64,000 nt of DNA from Ministeria vibrans ATCC 50519 (GCA_943704425.1 CALSCP010000945.1:220057-284056); one strand, 5' to 3'. Shown: positions 1 through 13,606, counted from the stretch's first letter. A program made the numbers and translations. Notes: generated by a model not told the origin, from the sequence alone.

Positions 1-136
1 GCTGGAGCACGAGAATCTAACGGGGAACGGGAGGAGGGGGATGAGAGAAGAGATGAGACGACTAATGAATGACTAATCGTTGATCGTACTCCTCATCGGG
101 AATTCGGCGACGACACGAGCACTTTCCGCCACACAT
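1..136 (-). CDS. Possible first exons of a gene running off the window (MCGGKCSCRRRIPDEE|FSCSS...)
   Basis: ATG at 136, GTACG donor and a pyrimidine-rich TAG acceptor in phase. Too short to identify. Confidence 0.3.
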
Positions 137-398
137 GCGAGAGATACGATGGCACAGAGACTACCTGTCTGTTCGAGGGAACGCACTGCTTCGACTGAGA
201 GGAAAGATTAATTCTATTTAATCATTATTATTTTTAATTTTTATTATAATAATTAAATTAAATTTTTATTATTTTTGTATATTTTTAACGGCAGTAAACA
301 ATAATGACACTATGACTCAAATAATTTTAAATTCGTCTCAAATAATTACTATTAATTATTATAAAATTAATACATAAAATAGCAATGAAACTGTGAAA

Positions 399-2122
399 CT
401 ACTCATTCTCCTCCAACACCCGCAACACCTCGCGCATGGTAGGTCTTCTCACTGCCTCCCTGTGCCAACATGCACGCATCAACGCCGCCAACCACGCTTC
501 GCACGAATCGGGTATCTTAGGGCGTCGCCCGGCCACCACTGCCTCAAACACAGCGTGCGCTGGCATGTCCTTGAACGGTGTCTTGCGCGCCACCATCTCC
601 CACAACAGTACTCCAAACCCATACACATCCACTGCCGCCGACGCCAATTCACCACCACTGACATTTCGTGCAATGAGCATCTCGGGTGCAAGCCAGGCAG
701 GCGTGCCCCGCAGTGCGCCACTTGTGCCCACATGGGATGTCGAGACACGAGCAAACCCAAAGTCCGCCAATTTCGCCGTCACCGATCCAACCGTGAGACT
801 GCTCAGCAACACATTAGCGCTCTTCACATCCCGATGCACCACCTGTGCCGCGCGCGAATGCAAATAGTGCAGTCCACGCGCCACATCCGCAGCCAGTGCG
901 CTCAGAGACACACCCGTAAGCGCAAAAGACGGCACTCGCAACGCACTGTGCAACGTCCCACCCATCATATACTCCATGACCAGCACCACATCATGACACG
1001 CTCCATAGTCCAAACACACGCCAAGCAACTGTACCACATTGGGATGACGCAACGACCACATCACACCCGCTTCAGCGCGAAAATACTCTCCGTCACGCAC
1101 ACTCACTCCCGCACGCAGTCGCTTTACCGCCACCCGCATCTCCGCAAACCTTCCCAAAAACACCTCCCCAACGGCACCCGTGCCCAGTCGTGCGCTTTCA
1201 TCCACTTCAATCGCCTCTTCATCCAACTCATAGCATGTCACTGTCGCCAATACTGCTTCAAGCTGTGCCACACGTCGCTCACTCGCGCGACACTCTTCTT
1301 CCAATTGTTTAATGCGCTCTTCCAGCTTTCCAGTGCGCTGAAAACCCCGTCATATTAGTTATCTGTATTTTTCGTTACGTCGTATGTACTATGTACCTCA
1401 CGTACAGCCTGTGCCGCAGTTGTTTGGGTTGTTGTTGGTACTGTTGCAGTTGATGGTTTTGGTGGTTTTACATTGGACGATCGCAGAAGGGACTGCTCCG
1501 CCTGAGATGCAGTGTACGAGCGCAACCAGCCACTAGCAGCGACAAGAACCCGATTGATTTCGCCCGTGTCACTTAGTCCGGCACGACGAAGAAGTGTTTG
1601 AGCGCGTATGCGAGCCAGGGAACAAAACTGAAGCACCGAATTTACCCCAAGACGATTTAACGAGACACACAACGATTCCGCCTGACAAACTCGACGTCCG
1701 CGCAACCACAACAAGAGCGATTCCTCTTCGGCGGCAACGCTAGGCACACTTGCAAGAGCATCTCCTACAGCGGCAACGGCCGTCTCCGCCACAGTGGTGG
1801 AGGAGGGAGAGAGAGGCGCCAATGGACCAACGTCGCCGTCGTTGTCGTCGTCGTCGTCCGCTGTCGCGTCGCTCACTTCAATCCCATCGTCGCGCGACAT
1901 GACATGCACTCGCCGATGATGCTCCAACGTTGCTCCAATGGTTCTGGCACTCGTCATTGGCTGAGCGGCTCGAGGAAGCGAACTTGACCATCTCGGCTGT
2001 GACGACAGCAAAGAAGATGAAACGGAAGTCGAAGCTGCCCGTTTTTGCCCATGCGACCGTTGCTCCAACAAGTCAACTTCGTGTTCTAGCGTCTTGATGC
2101 TGGGTGCGCCGGTGCGGGGCAT
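399..2122 (-). CDS. TKL-group protein kinase with N-terminal SAM-like domain and short coiled coil (2 exons; intron 1338-1396)
   Basis: Kinase motifs LGTGAVGEV, VAVKRL, HRDVKSANVLL, DFG, GTPAWLAPE. ORF 1355-2128 joins the kinase ORF through a 59-nt GT..AG intron. SAM-like segment LLLWLRG...LRRAGLSDTGEINRVL. Confidence 0.8.
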
Positions 2123-2243
2123 TATCAATCACAAAAAATAATAGAAAAAGATTTAAGAACGTTCCATAATCAATCACAAACGAAAAGCGACAACATAAAT
2201 AAAGAAAGGAAGCGAAATGTACAATAAAATATTGAATATCTCT

Positions 2244-4582
2244 TTATACTACAGACCAAACTCTCGCAGTCTTATCAGCACTCGACGTGGCAAACATTGT
2301 CCCTTCAGGATGCCACCGTGCCTGCACAATCTTTCCAGAGTGCGTTGCCACAATCGACGATTCGAACGTCTAAAAAATCGAAATCAATCACTATCAATCA
2401 AAACAAACACACTGATAATTATATTAATTATTATTATTATTATTTTGTCACTACCGCCATGTCAGTAAGACACACTGAACCATCGTAGGAAGCAGTGAGC
2501 AACCATTTTGAATCAGGCGAAAACCTACTCCACTCAAAATTAACACATTGAAAACAAAAACAAGAACATACCTCACAGAGCGCACATCACTCGAATGAAC
2601 ATCCAACGATCGCACATACGACCCATTTGCGTAGTCAAACAAATGCACGCCACCAGCACCACCACTTCCACTATAGCTAGCAGCATCATTGCCACTCACA
2701 GCCAACCATTTTGTGTGTGCGTCCACATCACACGCAAGCACTGCTCCCAAAGGACTGTCTCGCTGGAGATCAAACACACGCACACACGTCTCACTGCGCA
2801 AATCCCATTCGCGCACAGTCCCATCAAGCGCACCACTCAGCACCGAGTGACTTGGGCTCGCAAGCACACTTGACACATGATCGGAATGCCCTTTGAACAC
2901 ACTCACACACGTCCCACGCCCCACATCGCTTGTCCGCACAGCACAGTCCCCCGCTCCCCCACTCACTACCATTTCATCACCCTTCACAAACACCACATCG
3001 CGCACTGTGCCGTCGTGCACCCACATCTCTCGCTCTGCATCAACACACAGCTCATTCGCATCCACTCCACTCGTGTACCCAACTCGCGCCACTCGCACAC
3101 TCTTGTCATTCGACCCACTCGCAATCAGCCTCCCACTGCCACTCCACGCCGCACAGTAAACTGACCCGTCGTGATACTTATCCCTCTACGCATCACACAC
3201 TCTAATCAGACCTCAAACACCTCATATACTTCCATCTTTTTTACCTTTGCAAGCACAGTGAGTGGTTCGTCGCTCGCACTGCTATCGGGCACTGCACACA
3301 CTCGCAGTGAGCGTGAGTTTGCACCCACCGCCAAGTGTGTTCCATTGTGGGAGAACGACACACAGCGCACCGGCTGAGCATCGCGGAGTACGCCACAGCA
3401 GTGGAATGGGCGCGAGAGCAGGGAGCGAGATTCACTCCAACGAGCAGACGTCGCCGGAGCAACTGCTGCCAGTGTGTTGTACAGCTGTTCCCTTTCTTTT
3501 TCTTCTTCTTCTTCGTCTTCGTTTTGCTGTAGTTGTTGTTGTCGCTCTTGCAGTGCCACCCGAGTGCGCTCGCGTGCTGTCTCCATGGCCGCGCGCAGTC
3601 CACTGTCCGTCTCGTCTGCGTTGGCTGCCAGTCGTTGTGAACTACGAGTCGCGCTTGCCAGTCGCACCACGCTGGAGCACAGTGGTGTGTCGCCTTCTGC
3701 TGCGACTGTTGCAATCTTGTGTTCCTCCCGCTTCTCTCTGTCCCCTTCAATTCTCGCCTTCTCTTCCGACTGCAAACGCTCTGCCCGAATTCGCTCTGCT
3801 CGTGCTTGCTCCACGCGCTGTCTTGCCTCCTCTTCCTTGTTCTGTTCGTCTACACTGCTTGCGCCACATAGATGCATAAGATGCCCGCGAGACACGACAT
3901 AGGGCCAGTCGAGGACGTCGACGTTGACGTCCGCCTTGCCAGTGAGCGCGCGCGAAAACAACGGGACGATCTCAACAAAACACCGCTCGCGACCGATCGC
4001 TACAGTCCAATCGTCAAACTCGGTGTGTGGCGGCTCATCAGCGGTCTGCGGTGATGGATGGCTTAGAAGGAAGCAGAGACGCTCGAAGTCGCTGTCGCTG
4101 ACGCTGGACAACTCACGTAAGCGAGTCAACACTGACACAAGTTGACTGACGAGGCGAGGCGACGACACGCCGCGTTCGCTGCACGCCCCAATAATGCCAG
4201 AGTCGGCATCAGCTCCGTCGCCTGTCTCGCCGATAGCCTCGTCGTCTGTGACGCCGCCGTCGTCCACAATCTCAAAAGCGTCGTTGAAACCGTTGCCAAG
4301 CAACTCGAAAAACTGTGCGCGCAACAGGCAACGCTTCATGGCCGGAAAGACTTCGGGCCACTGGCAAAGATGCTCACTCTCTCGCATCGGGGCAATAAAG
4401 TGAAGCGCCGACGCCCAACGACCGTCCAGGATGCATGCACGCAAAAACCGTACTTCTTCGCTTCCCTTCACACACTCCTCCAAATGCGCCTCCCTCTCAA
4501 GGCTCCTGGCAGTGCCCACATAGCCGCGCTCGTACAGATACCCGAGGACTAGTTGATCTAGATTCGAGAGGATAGTCGCCAT
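2244..4582 (-). CDS. WDR47: WD repeat protein 47 (LisH-CTLH-WD40), multi-exon
   Basis: LisH (LVLGYLYERGYVGTARSLEREA), CTLH (FLRACILDGRW), WD40 blades LRDAQPVRCVSFSHNGTHLAVGANSRSLRVCAVP and HDGSVYCAAWSGSGRLIASGSNDK; last exon HSGKIVQARWHP...SSADKTARVW*. All match the WDR47 family pattern. Confidence 0.85.
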
Positions 4583-4705
4583 GAACAAGAAAATAATTAA
4601 AAGAGATCGTCATGAATAAGATTGTCGAAAACCTTTCTTCTTTTCACTTTTCAGTGAGTTTTCACTTTCTTTTTCGTCTTTTTGACTGAATACGAACAAA
4701 TTCCC

Positions 4706-5903
4706 ATGAGATCTATCGTGTACCTCACGTTGTGCCTCTACATGGCGTCGGCAAGCGAAATGTACGCTGTTCTCTGACATTCCTTCGCCTAAACATTTTT
4801 GTTTTTTTTCGTTTCTCGTTTTCAGTGTTTCGCTCAATGGCAATCTGCAAATGGAGGCCAAGGCGGGCGGCAGCGTCGTGGTGTTGGCTCCCACCAGGGT
4901 CCAGGGGTTGGGTGTCGCCACAGTGAGCAGTCTGGCCGCAGAGCTGGTCGATATCAACGCAAACATGGCGCGACTCGAAGCAGAAGTGGCGGACGGCTGT
5001 TGCACGGTCGCCCTCGACAGTATCAGCCTTGTGGGCGACCCCGTGGCCCTCGACATGTCCCCCTGGTCCGAAACAACGCTTGTTCGCAACGATGTGACGG
5101 TCAGCTCAAACAGTGCACTTGCGTCGCTGACGGGACTCAACAGACTGTGTACTGTCAAGCGACACATCACGATCCACTCCAACCCAGTGATGACCAGCCT
5201 GAATGGCCTCTCTCGTCTGACCATTGTCAATGGTGACCTTGACCTTGAAAATCTCGGGGCCCTCATCTCACTGCGGGATCTCGGCTCGCTGTTGACCGTC
5301 GACGGCAACCTTCGTCTCTCACAACTCCAGCACCTCGGGTCGCTCACTGGCCTCGAATTGCTCGGCTCCGTGGGTGGCAATTTTCACCTTGAACTCCTCC
5401 CTTCTCTCACTACCCTGGGCGCTGCGTCGTCGCTCACCACCATTGGCGGCAATCTCCAACTCAGCAGTCTCACTCAACTCAGCTCGCTCTCTCTCGACTC
5501 TCTCCAGCTCATCTCGGGCTCTCTGTCCATCACCGACGCAGATCTCGTCACCACATCATTCCCCGCTCTGCAGCGCATTGAAGGCAACGCCTTATTCAGC
5601 ATTGGATCGACGGCCGAGCGTCTCTCGCTCCCTCTTCTCACCCACATTACAGGCAACCTTCAAATCTCCCTCAACACCAATCTGCACACCGTCGACGCCT
5701 TTGCTGTCGCCTCCCTCGGCGGAACCCTTCGCATCACCTTCAACGCTCTTACCAGTCTATCCTTCCTCGACTCCCTCCGCTCCTTTTCCGGCCCCCTCGA
5801 CATCTGGGAACCCTCTGCCTCCATCTGCAACTCCACTCTGGTCCGTCTCACTGCTCTCGCCTCCTCTGCCTCCGTCAACGTTGGCCAGATTAACAACTGT
5901 TAA
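4706..5903 (+). CDS. Secreted receptor-L-domain / Ecm33-like leucine-rich beta-helix protein (intron 4762-4825)
   Basis: Signal peptide MRSIVYLTLCLYMASA in exon 1 splices in frame to the 350-aa ORF, which carries about 10 LxxVxGxLxI repeats. No TM segment. Confidence 0.7.
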
Positions 5904-6305
5904 ATTAGTATCGTCATTAAAAATCAAACCCATATTAATACTAGGATATTATGTCGTAATAAAATAAAAATAATAATAATAGTAATAATAATTATATATT
6001 TTTATAAATAAATTTATTATTACTAATATTAATTACTATTATTATTATTAAAAATAATTGTTATTGCTTCTTTCAAATCAAATTGTTTATCATTCAATGG
6101 ATTCAGATCACTCAGAGGAACCCCCACAAGAACAAGAAACCAGCCTTAGTGACACAGTCAAGGCTTTGGGCGGGACGTTCAATGGCGCCTTCAGTGTACG
6201 CTGAGGGGAGAACACTCAAAAGCAAAAATAATATTATAATAATAATAATAATTCTCCAGCAACTCTCTAAGACCCTTTCTCAAACCGTGGAGATTACAGG
6301 CGCCA

Positions 6306-7029
6306 TGAACGGTCTCTTGGAACAGCTTCTTGTTTCCAACATGCACATCGGTAGAATACAAAATTGAGTGTCGTTTGATCGAAACTCAGTTGTGTAGATT
6401 GCTCGATTGGCCCAACGGACACGCCCGACTCCTACACGGTGACAGTGACGTCGCGAAACACCTCTCCGTTCGATGTAGCCTCTGTGAGTCACACGCTGGC
6501 GCTCGCGACTGCCGCCACCGCGACAGCAGTGCCGTTCGACGACGACCACAGCAGTCGAGCCCCGTCCCCTCTCAACAGTCTCCACCACACCATCGACACG
6601 CACCGCATCTCTCTGAAAGGCGCCCCTTCATCTACACTGACTCCTCTTGTACTCACCGCCACCCTCACCGTCCTCAATCCAACGAGCGGCAAAGCACACC
6701 ACAAACAAGCAACTGCGACTCTGTCTCGTCTTGCTCAATGCACCTGTACCGCAAGCGCTCCACAGCACCCTCACTTAGTCGAACCCCTCTACGACCATCA
6801 CACAACATCAGTCGACGCAATGGCACTGCGACATCTCTTCCGTCTGTCGCCACTCAACGCTATCCAGCGCCATCTTCACCTTCACATTGCTCACCCTCCA
6901 TCCACACTCTCCGTCACTTTCACTGTCCTCGACACTGACCCAACTCGCACCGACGCAGTGCTCGTTGTACCGCTCACGGATGATCCCTCGGCGGCGCTAT
7001 TCGCCCAAGAGCTGAGTGCATTGTTATGA
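6306..7029 (+). CDS. Hypothetical protein (2 exons; intron about 6352-6397)
   Basis: ATG 6306 exon splices GT..AG in frame into ORF 6439-7029. GC-rich, coding-like composition; no recognised domain. Confidence 0.45.
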
Positions 7030-7054
7030 AGAAGTAATAAAAAATTGTATTTTA

Positions 7055-10000
7055 TCACTTGTCGTTCGACAGGAGACTGTAGTCGTGAACGGGACGGATT
7101 TTGACCGCAGTATGGCGGCCATGGCGGGGGGATCTTGGGGTGCGGGAGGTGGCAGAGGAAGGAGAGGAAAGAGAGAGGCCGTTTGTGGTGGGGGTGGTGG
7201 TGCTGGGGGAGGAGGAGGAGGAGGGGGAGGAAGGAGGGGGAGGAGATAGGGGTTGGAGGGGAGAGGGAACGGCGGTGGAGGGAGGAGGGGAGAGGGCTTT
7301 GGTGCGTGGCGGTGTGGATGTGAGTGTGGATGTGAGTGTGGGCGTAGGTGTAGATGTGGGTGTGGGTGTGGGTTGCGGTTGAGCGGGTTGTGGTGGCAGT
7401 TGGGGTTGAGCAGATTGCGGGTGTTGTAGGAGAGGATGTTGCGGCTGAGAAGAAGGCGGTTGCTGGTAATGCTGATTTGGTTGCTGCTGTTGCTGATGCT
7501 GATGTTGTTGCTGCTGTTGGAACATTTTCATTTGCTGGTATTGTTGCTGTTGCATCATTATGGCGACCTTCTGCTGTTGTTGTTGCTGATGCTGTTCGCG
7601 CATCATCAAATACTGTAGCATGAGCATCTTCTGGCTAGGTGTCATTTCAGGGCATTGCTGCTGCAGAAGCATCATGGCACTAAACACCGATGGTGACATA
7701 GCAGCAGCGACAGCAGCCACATTCGCTGCAGAGGTAGCGTCGGTGGTGGGAAAGGGCGGCGCACTCTCGACAGGCGCGTTGCCGTCGGTGCTCCAGCGGG
7801 GGGCACTGGCGACGACTCCCGCTCCTGTTTTAATTGTTGGTGTTGCTACTGCTGCTGCTGCTGTTGCTGCTGTTGGTGGTGTTAGTGGCAGTGATGTTGT
7901 TGTTGTCGATGGCGTCGAGGGAGACGTGGATGTGGTGCCGTTAGAGCTGCTGGTGGTCGTAGACATAAAGGGCGTCGCGTGTACATTGAACTTGGACGCG
8001 GCCGACGCAGACTCACTGTCGTCTGCGGACGCAGAGCCATTCGCGCCCATGTCGACGGTAGGCAGAAGCTGTGACTGCGGTTGCGGTTGTGATGCGTATG
8101 GAGCATAGTTGGTCGGCGTACTGTTCATACGCGGCGAAAAGTTGTTTAGCAGCTGCTGCTGATGCTGTTGGTGGTATTGCGCTTGTGCAAGATACTGGGT
8201 TTGTTGCTGAGGAGACACGGCAGACGAAGCTCCAACGGCCGCCGTGCTGTTGGCGTAGTAGAGGAGCTGCTGTTGAGTAAGCGTGTTGGGATTGACATAG
8301 GCTGCGGCAGCGGCTGCTGCTGCTGCGGCGGCGGCAGCGGCAGACGTTGCATGAGTGTTAGCGGGCGCGGATGTGCCCATGGGAGGCCAGCCAGCAAGAC
8401 CCGCTGCGCCAGGCAACACAGATGCTTGGGATTGATGTTGCTGCTGTTGCTGCTGCTGCTGCTGTTGCTGCTGTTGCTGCTGCAGTTGTTGTTGTTGTAG
8501 GTACGCCAGCTGGTGAGGCGAGTACATGGGCATCAGGGGAACTGCTGCAGTCGGGTCAGCAACCAGAGGTGCTCTCGCGGCATCCGCGGTAGTCACAGAA
8601 GGATCGACTACCTGACGGTCCACACCGCCCTCCTTCTTCCTGTCCTCTTCCGCCGCCGCCGCTGCTGCTGCTGCTGCTGCTGCTGCTCCCGCTGCTTCCT
8701 CCTCTTGCTGGCGCTTGGTCGCAGCTAAGGCTTGCTCTTGGAGCTGCTTTGTCTTCTTGCGCTGCTCTTCCTCTTCCTCCTCTTGCTCCTCCTTGGCACG
8801 CGCTGCAGCCTTTTCTTCCTCCTGTTGTACCTTGGCTGCTTGATCAGCAGCACGTCGTGCCAACTCCACAAAGGTGATGGCAGAGCTCATGCTGGGCAGC
8901 TTGAGTCGCGCTTTGGGAGGATCATTGCGCGGAGCCGCCGGCTGTGGTTCAAGGCCCAGAGGACGTAAAGGATCGGGACGTGCTGCGGCCGCCGCTGCCT
9001 GGCTCTGTTCATCGGCAGCTGTGGACACAATGGTGTCAATGCGAGCACTGAGAGCCGAAGCAATGCGTGCGTCGCTGAGTGGTGAGGCACCAGTACTAGC
9101 GCGAGGATTCGAGCGACTGGGAAGACGCACGGTGAAGGGGCAGCGAGGCAACGGAGGCGGCGCGGGACGCTGAGCAACGACGGCGGCCGCAGAGCGACGA
9201 GTTGAAGCGGCAGAGGCAGCAGTGGCGGTAGCAACGGTACTGGTGGTAATGAGAGTCGCGGCAGCACTTGTGGTTACAACGGACACAGATGGCTTCTTGG
9301 TGTTGGAATGCTCGCGGGTCTTGGAAGGTGCGGAAGCGGTAGTTGCAGCACTCGCAGGCCTCACGGTGGGCTTGGCGGTGCGTCGCCAGTCGGTTGAGGC
9401 GTCGGCGGCTACAGCAACGGGTGCTGCTGAGCGAGACGATGATGCTGGAGTAGCAGAGGCAACAGTGGTAGAACTGCTGTTGTTGCTGCTGTTGGTGTTG
9501 GTGGCGGGAGCGGGAGCGGGAGCGGGGGCGGTGGCGGTGGCGGTGGCAGACGGAGTGGCCCAGACAGAGGAGCGGGTGGGTACGGAAGATGAGTCATCGT
9601 CGTCGGTTCGACGCATAATGCGCACCGATGACTCGTCGCGACTGTTGCTTGTGCGTCGTCGCGCCGACGCCGCTGACCCTGTCGCTGGTCCTGTTGATGC
9701 ACCGCTCGCTGCGCTGTCCTTGGCTTCGGGAGAACCACTTGAGCCCCACAAGTGACGCGACGCGTCAGTGCCACTACCACGCGACGCCTGACGGCGGCTA
9801 AACGTGTCGGTGCCCACACTGAGTCGCTGTTGTGGCGATGTCGGGCCCTTTGACGACGAAGTCACCAACAAGGGTTCGGCAGGGGGTGTGGGCTTGCGGC
9901 GCACTTCGAGAGCGGCGAGTTTCTCGAGAGCGCGACGTTTAGTTTCGGCTTCGCGCTCAGCCTGTTCGCGTTCACGACGAGCACGCGCAGCCTCGGCACG

Positions 10001-11409
10001 GGCACGCATCTGCGTCTCGTAGTCGGACAGGTCGGCGGGAGTTTGCTCGGGAGAATTTGCGGCAGCAGTGGGAGCGGCAGTACGAGAAGCTGCGACAGTC
10101 GGAGGGGGAGTACTGGTCGACGACGGAGGGGCGCCGGACGGGCGCGCACGGATGGTGACGGGCGCCTGTTGCTGCTGTTGTCTTAAAAGGGCACGTGTTG
10201 ACAATAATCCACTGGCATTGCTGGCAATGGTGGGACGGGGCGGAGGAATGTCGACGGCAACAAGTCGTTCGGTCGTCGAGCGTGCCTTGGTCGCAGACGA
10301 GACCGACGACGACGATAGTGAGGAGGGTGCTGCCTTTGGCGCAGACGACGATGCCGCTGCCCGTTTCTTTGCGGGTTCTTCAGCAGGAACGTCTTCGACG
10401 AGGTCGCCCCACGCAACCTTGGTGCTCTTCTTGGGCGCCACCTTCTGAGAATCGGGTTCCTTTTTCGTCGCAGGTGGAATTGCACTATTTTTCTGCGGCT
10501 GCTTGATAGGCTCGTCGCCAAAAATGGGTTCGTCAAAGTCCATGTCTTCGCTGGCAAGCCACTCCGAGTCGAGTGCCGATGTGGTCGTCTTCTCAATGGC
10601 TTCGGCACGCACGGTGGAGGGACGAGCGGCGCGTCGAGAGCTGTTGCCGCTCAAAGACGCGGCTGAGGCAGAGGCCGAGCCGGACGTGGACGAGGAGGCG
10701 CTGCCAGCCTTCACGGCGCCCAACGAAGGAAACTCGCGTGCGCTCAATACAGCGTCGACGGCGGGCGTGTCCGAAAGGGTGCTGGACACATTCCACGACC
10801 GCACGGGCGCCGGCGCAACCGACGCCCCGCTGTTGCTCGCACCGCCAGCACCGGCCGCGGCAGCGCTCCCGGCCGCGGCAGCTCCAAGCGGCTGGGCTGT
10901 GGTAGACGCTGCTGCTGCAGTCGCCGCCGCCGCCGATGCCACCGCTGCCGCCGACGACGTGGCGCCAACGTCGTCGCCGGCGTGGAGCGATGCGTCGCCC
11001 TCGACAAGTTCCTTCGCGAGCATGCTTGCCGACAGAACCTGCCCTTTCAGCGCAGACACCACGCCTACACCACACCCAAAGACGTGTCAGTAAGCGCAAA
11101 AGACAGCCCCGGACGCATCCACACGGCCATGGCGCGCACAAACGAATATTCTTTTTTTTTATCAAGCACTTCCCCCACAAAAAAACGTGCAAATAAATTC
11201 CGACCATCGCCGCGCATGAGTGGAGGCGGACACACATGCACACGGGCGTGTCTGGCAGCGGTACAGGACGCAGGGCAGGCAGCACAAGCAAGAATCCCCT
11301 CTAGATCACCTTTTGTGCGACTGGGCGCACCCAGCGTCCCCTTGGAGCGCATCCCGGACGTATTCGTCGCGCCAGCGTCCAATGACGGTGTATCTGAATC
11401 GCCGCTCAT
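7055..11409 (-). CDS. PRRC2/BAT2-like low-complexity protein with PAM2 motif (intron 11065-11309)
   Basis: PRRC2-like motifs in the expected order: GMRSKG, REFPSL, WLASEDMDFDEPIFGDE, ARARREREQAEREAETKRRALEKLAALE. Poly-Q/A tail; PAM2-like SKFNVHATPFMS. Confidence 0.65.
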
Positions 11410-11588
11410 TCAATAACTAATAATAAATCTAATTATTTATTATTCTAAACTAAATCTTCATACTATTTTTTTTCTGGCTGACTCAGCGTCTCTTTGCCTC
11501 TCTCTTGTAACATTGTTTGATCCTACTGTCTACTGAGCTCGATCAAGGCTGTCTAGTTAGTATATACTCGTTTTCATGTCGGTCGAGG

Positions 11589-11623
<35 letters not shown>

Positions 11624-11627
11624 AACA

Positions 11628-13390
11628 ATGGAAACTCCAAGTGATGAGTTGCGTACAAATTGGAATTACCGTACTAGTGCCCACACGGGTGTGAGTAGGA
11701 TAGCGCACGACTGATGAACCTTTTTTTCATTAATTTTCATTTTGTCCTTTTTGCTTCATCTCATCTCACTCTAAATGTGTGTGTGTGTTTTGTAGGAAGA
11801 GCGGATGATCCGCACCGTGATGGTATCGCACCTGCACGCGCGCGCCCGGTCCAACGACCTGCGTGAGTTCTTCAAGCCTGCTGGCCGTATTCGCGATGTG
11901 GTCATTGTCGGTGACAAAAACTCTCGCACCAAAGGTTGGAAAACATTATTTTTATGTTGTGTTTTGCTGTCTGTCGTTGTGTGTGCGTGTTTTGTTTTTG
12001 TGTCGTCTTTTATTGTCCTACCCTGTTTGTTGATTGCTTCTCCTTCGTCATAGTTTCAAAAGGCTGAGAGAAAAAAAGTGTTTTTTTTTTGGGTTAGCAC
12101 TGAAAAAGCAAAACACACAACAAAAGCACAGTCAATCAAACCTGCCCTTCTTCTCATAGCACGCACGCATTTAAAAACACGTTTGTGTCCCATGCGCGGG
12201 TCGTTCCTACGAGTGTGCCAAACAACAGAGAAAAGACATTTTGTGTGTGGTTGTGTGCCTCGTCTTGTATGTGTTGTGTTCTGTTTGCATAGGGAAAGCT
12301 CATTTGTCGCGCGTGCGCCTCTCTCTGTGTTGGTTTGTCTACTCACAATCTTGTTTGTTTTTGCTTCTCTTCTTTTCTCACCTCGTATTCAGGAGTTGCG
12401 TATGTTGAGTTTTATGAGCTAGACTCGACGAACCGCGCCATTGCCATGTCGGGACAGCCCCTCATGGGGATGGCACTGATTGTGCAGGAGACGCAGGCAC
12501 ACAAGAATTTGCTGGCCGAGATGCAGGCCAAGGCGAACGTGGTGCGTCCCGCCGGTCCGTCGCGTCTTGCCGTCTCCAATGTGCACGCATCACTCGAGAG
12601 CAACGACCTCAAGCTCATCTTTGAGCCGTTTGGAGCGCTCTCCGAAGTGACGCTGGACCGTGACGTGGCCGGTCACAGTCGTGGTTCGGGCATTGTGGCC
12701 TTTCGCGACCGTGCCGATGCGACCAAGGCCCTTGAGCAGCTTGATGGCTTTGTGCTGACTGGTCAGCCTCTTGCTATCACCTGGGCGCCAGAGGTCGCCG
12801 ACGTTTCCCATTCCGCACCCACTTCCCTCGACGAGAGTGACAATGGCGTGGCACTGACTGCGTCCGCTCGCTTCCAGCTCATGGCCAAACTTGCTCAGAG
12901 TGGTGGTGGTGTTAGTCAGATGGGCCTGTCGTCGCAGCCGATTCTCTCTGCGGCCACGACGGCTGCTGCGGCTGCGTTTGGTGCGCCTACCATAGCCGTT
13001 GGCGCCCCTGGCGCTCCTCACATGGCCGTCAGTGGTGACTCTTCACTGAGTTCGGGTCTGTCGGTGTGTCCCGATCCGACACCTTTTGTTCTGCTCAAGA
13101 ACATGTTTGACCCGGCCAAGGAGACGGAAGAGGGTTGGGAGCAAGATATTCGTGACGATACGCTCGATGAGTGTTCCAAATACGGTCCTATTTTGCACAT
13201 TTTTGTCGATCCCAAATCCCAGGGATTCGTCTACCTTAAGTTTGCCACTGCGGAGGCCGCACAGGCCGCCCAGCGTGCCCTCCATGGCCGTCATTTTGCC
13301 GGTCTGCTTGTCGTTGCCGATTTTCTTGTTGCAAACGACTACTTTCGTCTCTTTCCCGCTGCGGAAAGTGCGACTCAGCCTTTGCAGTAA
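11628..13390 (+). CDS. RBM39: RBM39/RBM23 (CAPER)-family splicing factor: RRM-RRM-linker-UHM (3 exons)
   Basis: EERMIRTVMV...RTKGVAYVEFY (RRM1), RRM2, linker RFQLMAKLA, UHM LLKNMFDP...WEQDIRDD...SQGFVYLKF. Introns 11691-11795 and 11935-12392. Confidence 0.85.
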
Positions 13391-13606
13391 CAGATTCTCG
13401 AATACACACATCAAGCACCACTTCGTAATTGACAATCCTTCATGAGTTTTATCATTTGACTGAAAGTCGCACACTCCTCCAGAAGCCCCTAGCCAGCTGG
13501 GACGGGGGTTTTTTTTTTGGAAACTGGAAAGTCAAAAGTCTGTCAGAACCAAAAAATTGAAAAATAAAAATAAATAATAGTGAGTTTAGTAACAAAAATT
13601 CTTTGA

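Noticed and set aside
11935-12392. Possible poison exon in the unusually long RBM39 intron
   Set aside because: Cryptic AG/GT pairs exist, but the best candidate (12160-12180) is in frame without a stop. Unsupported without RNA data.
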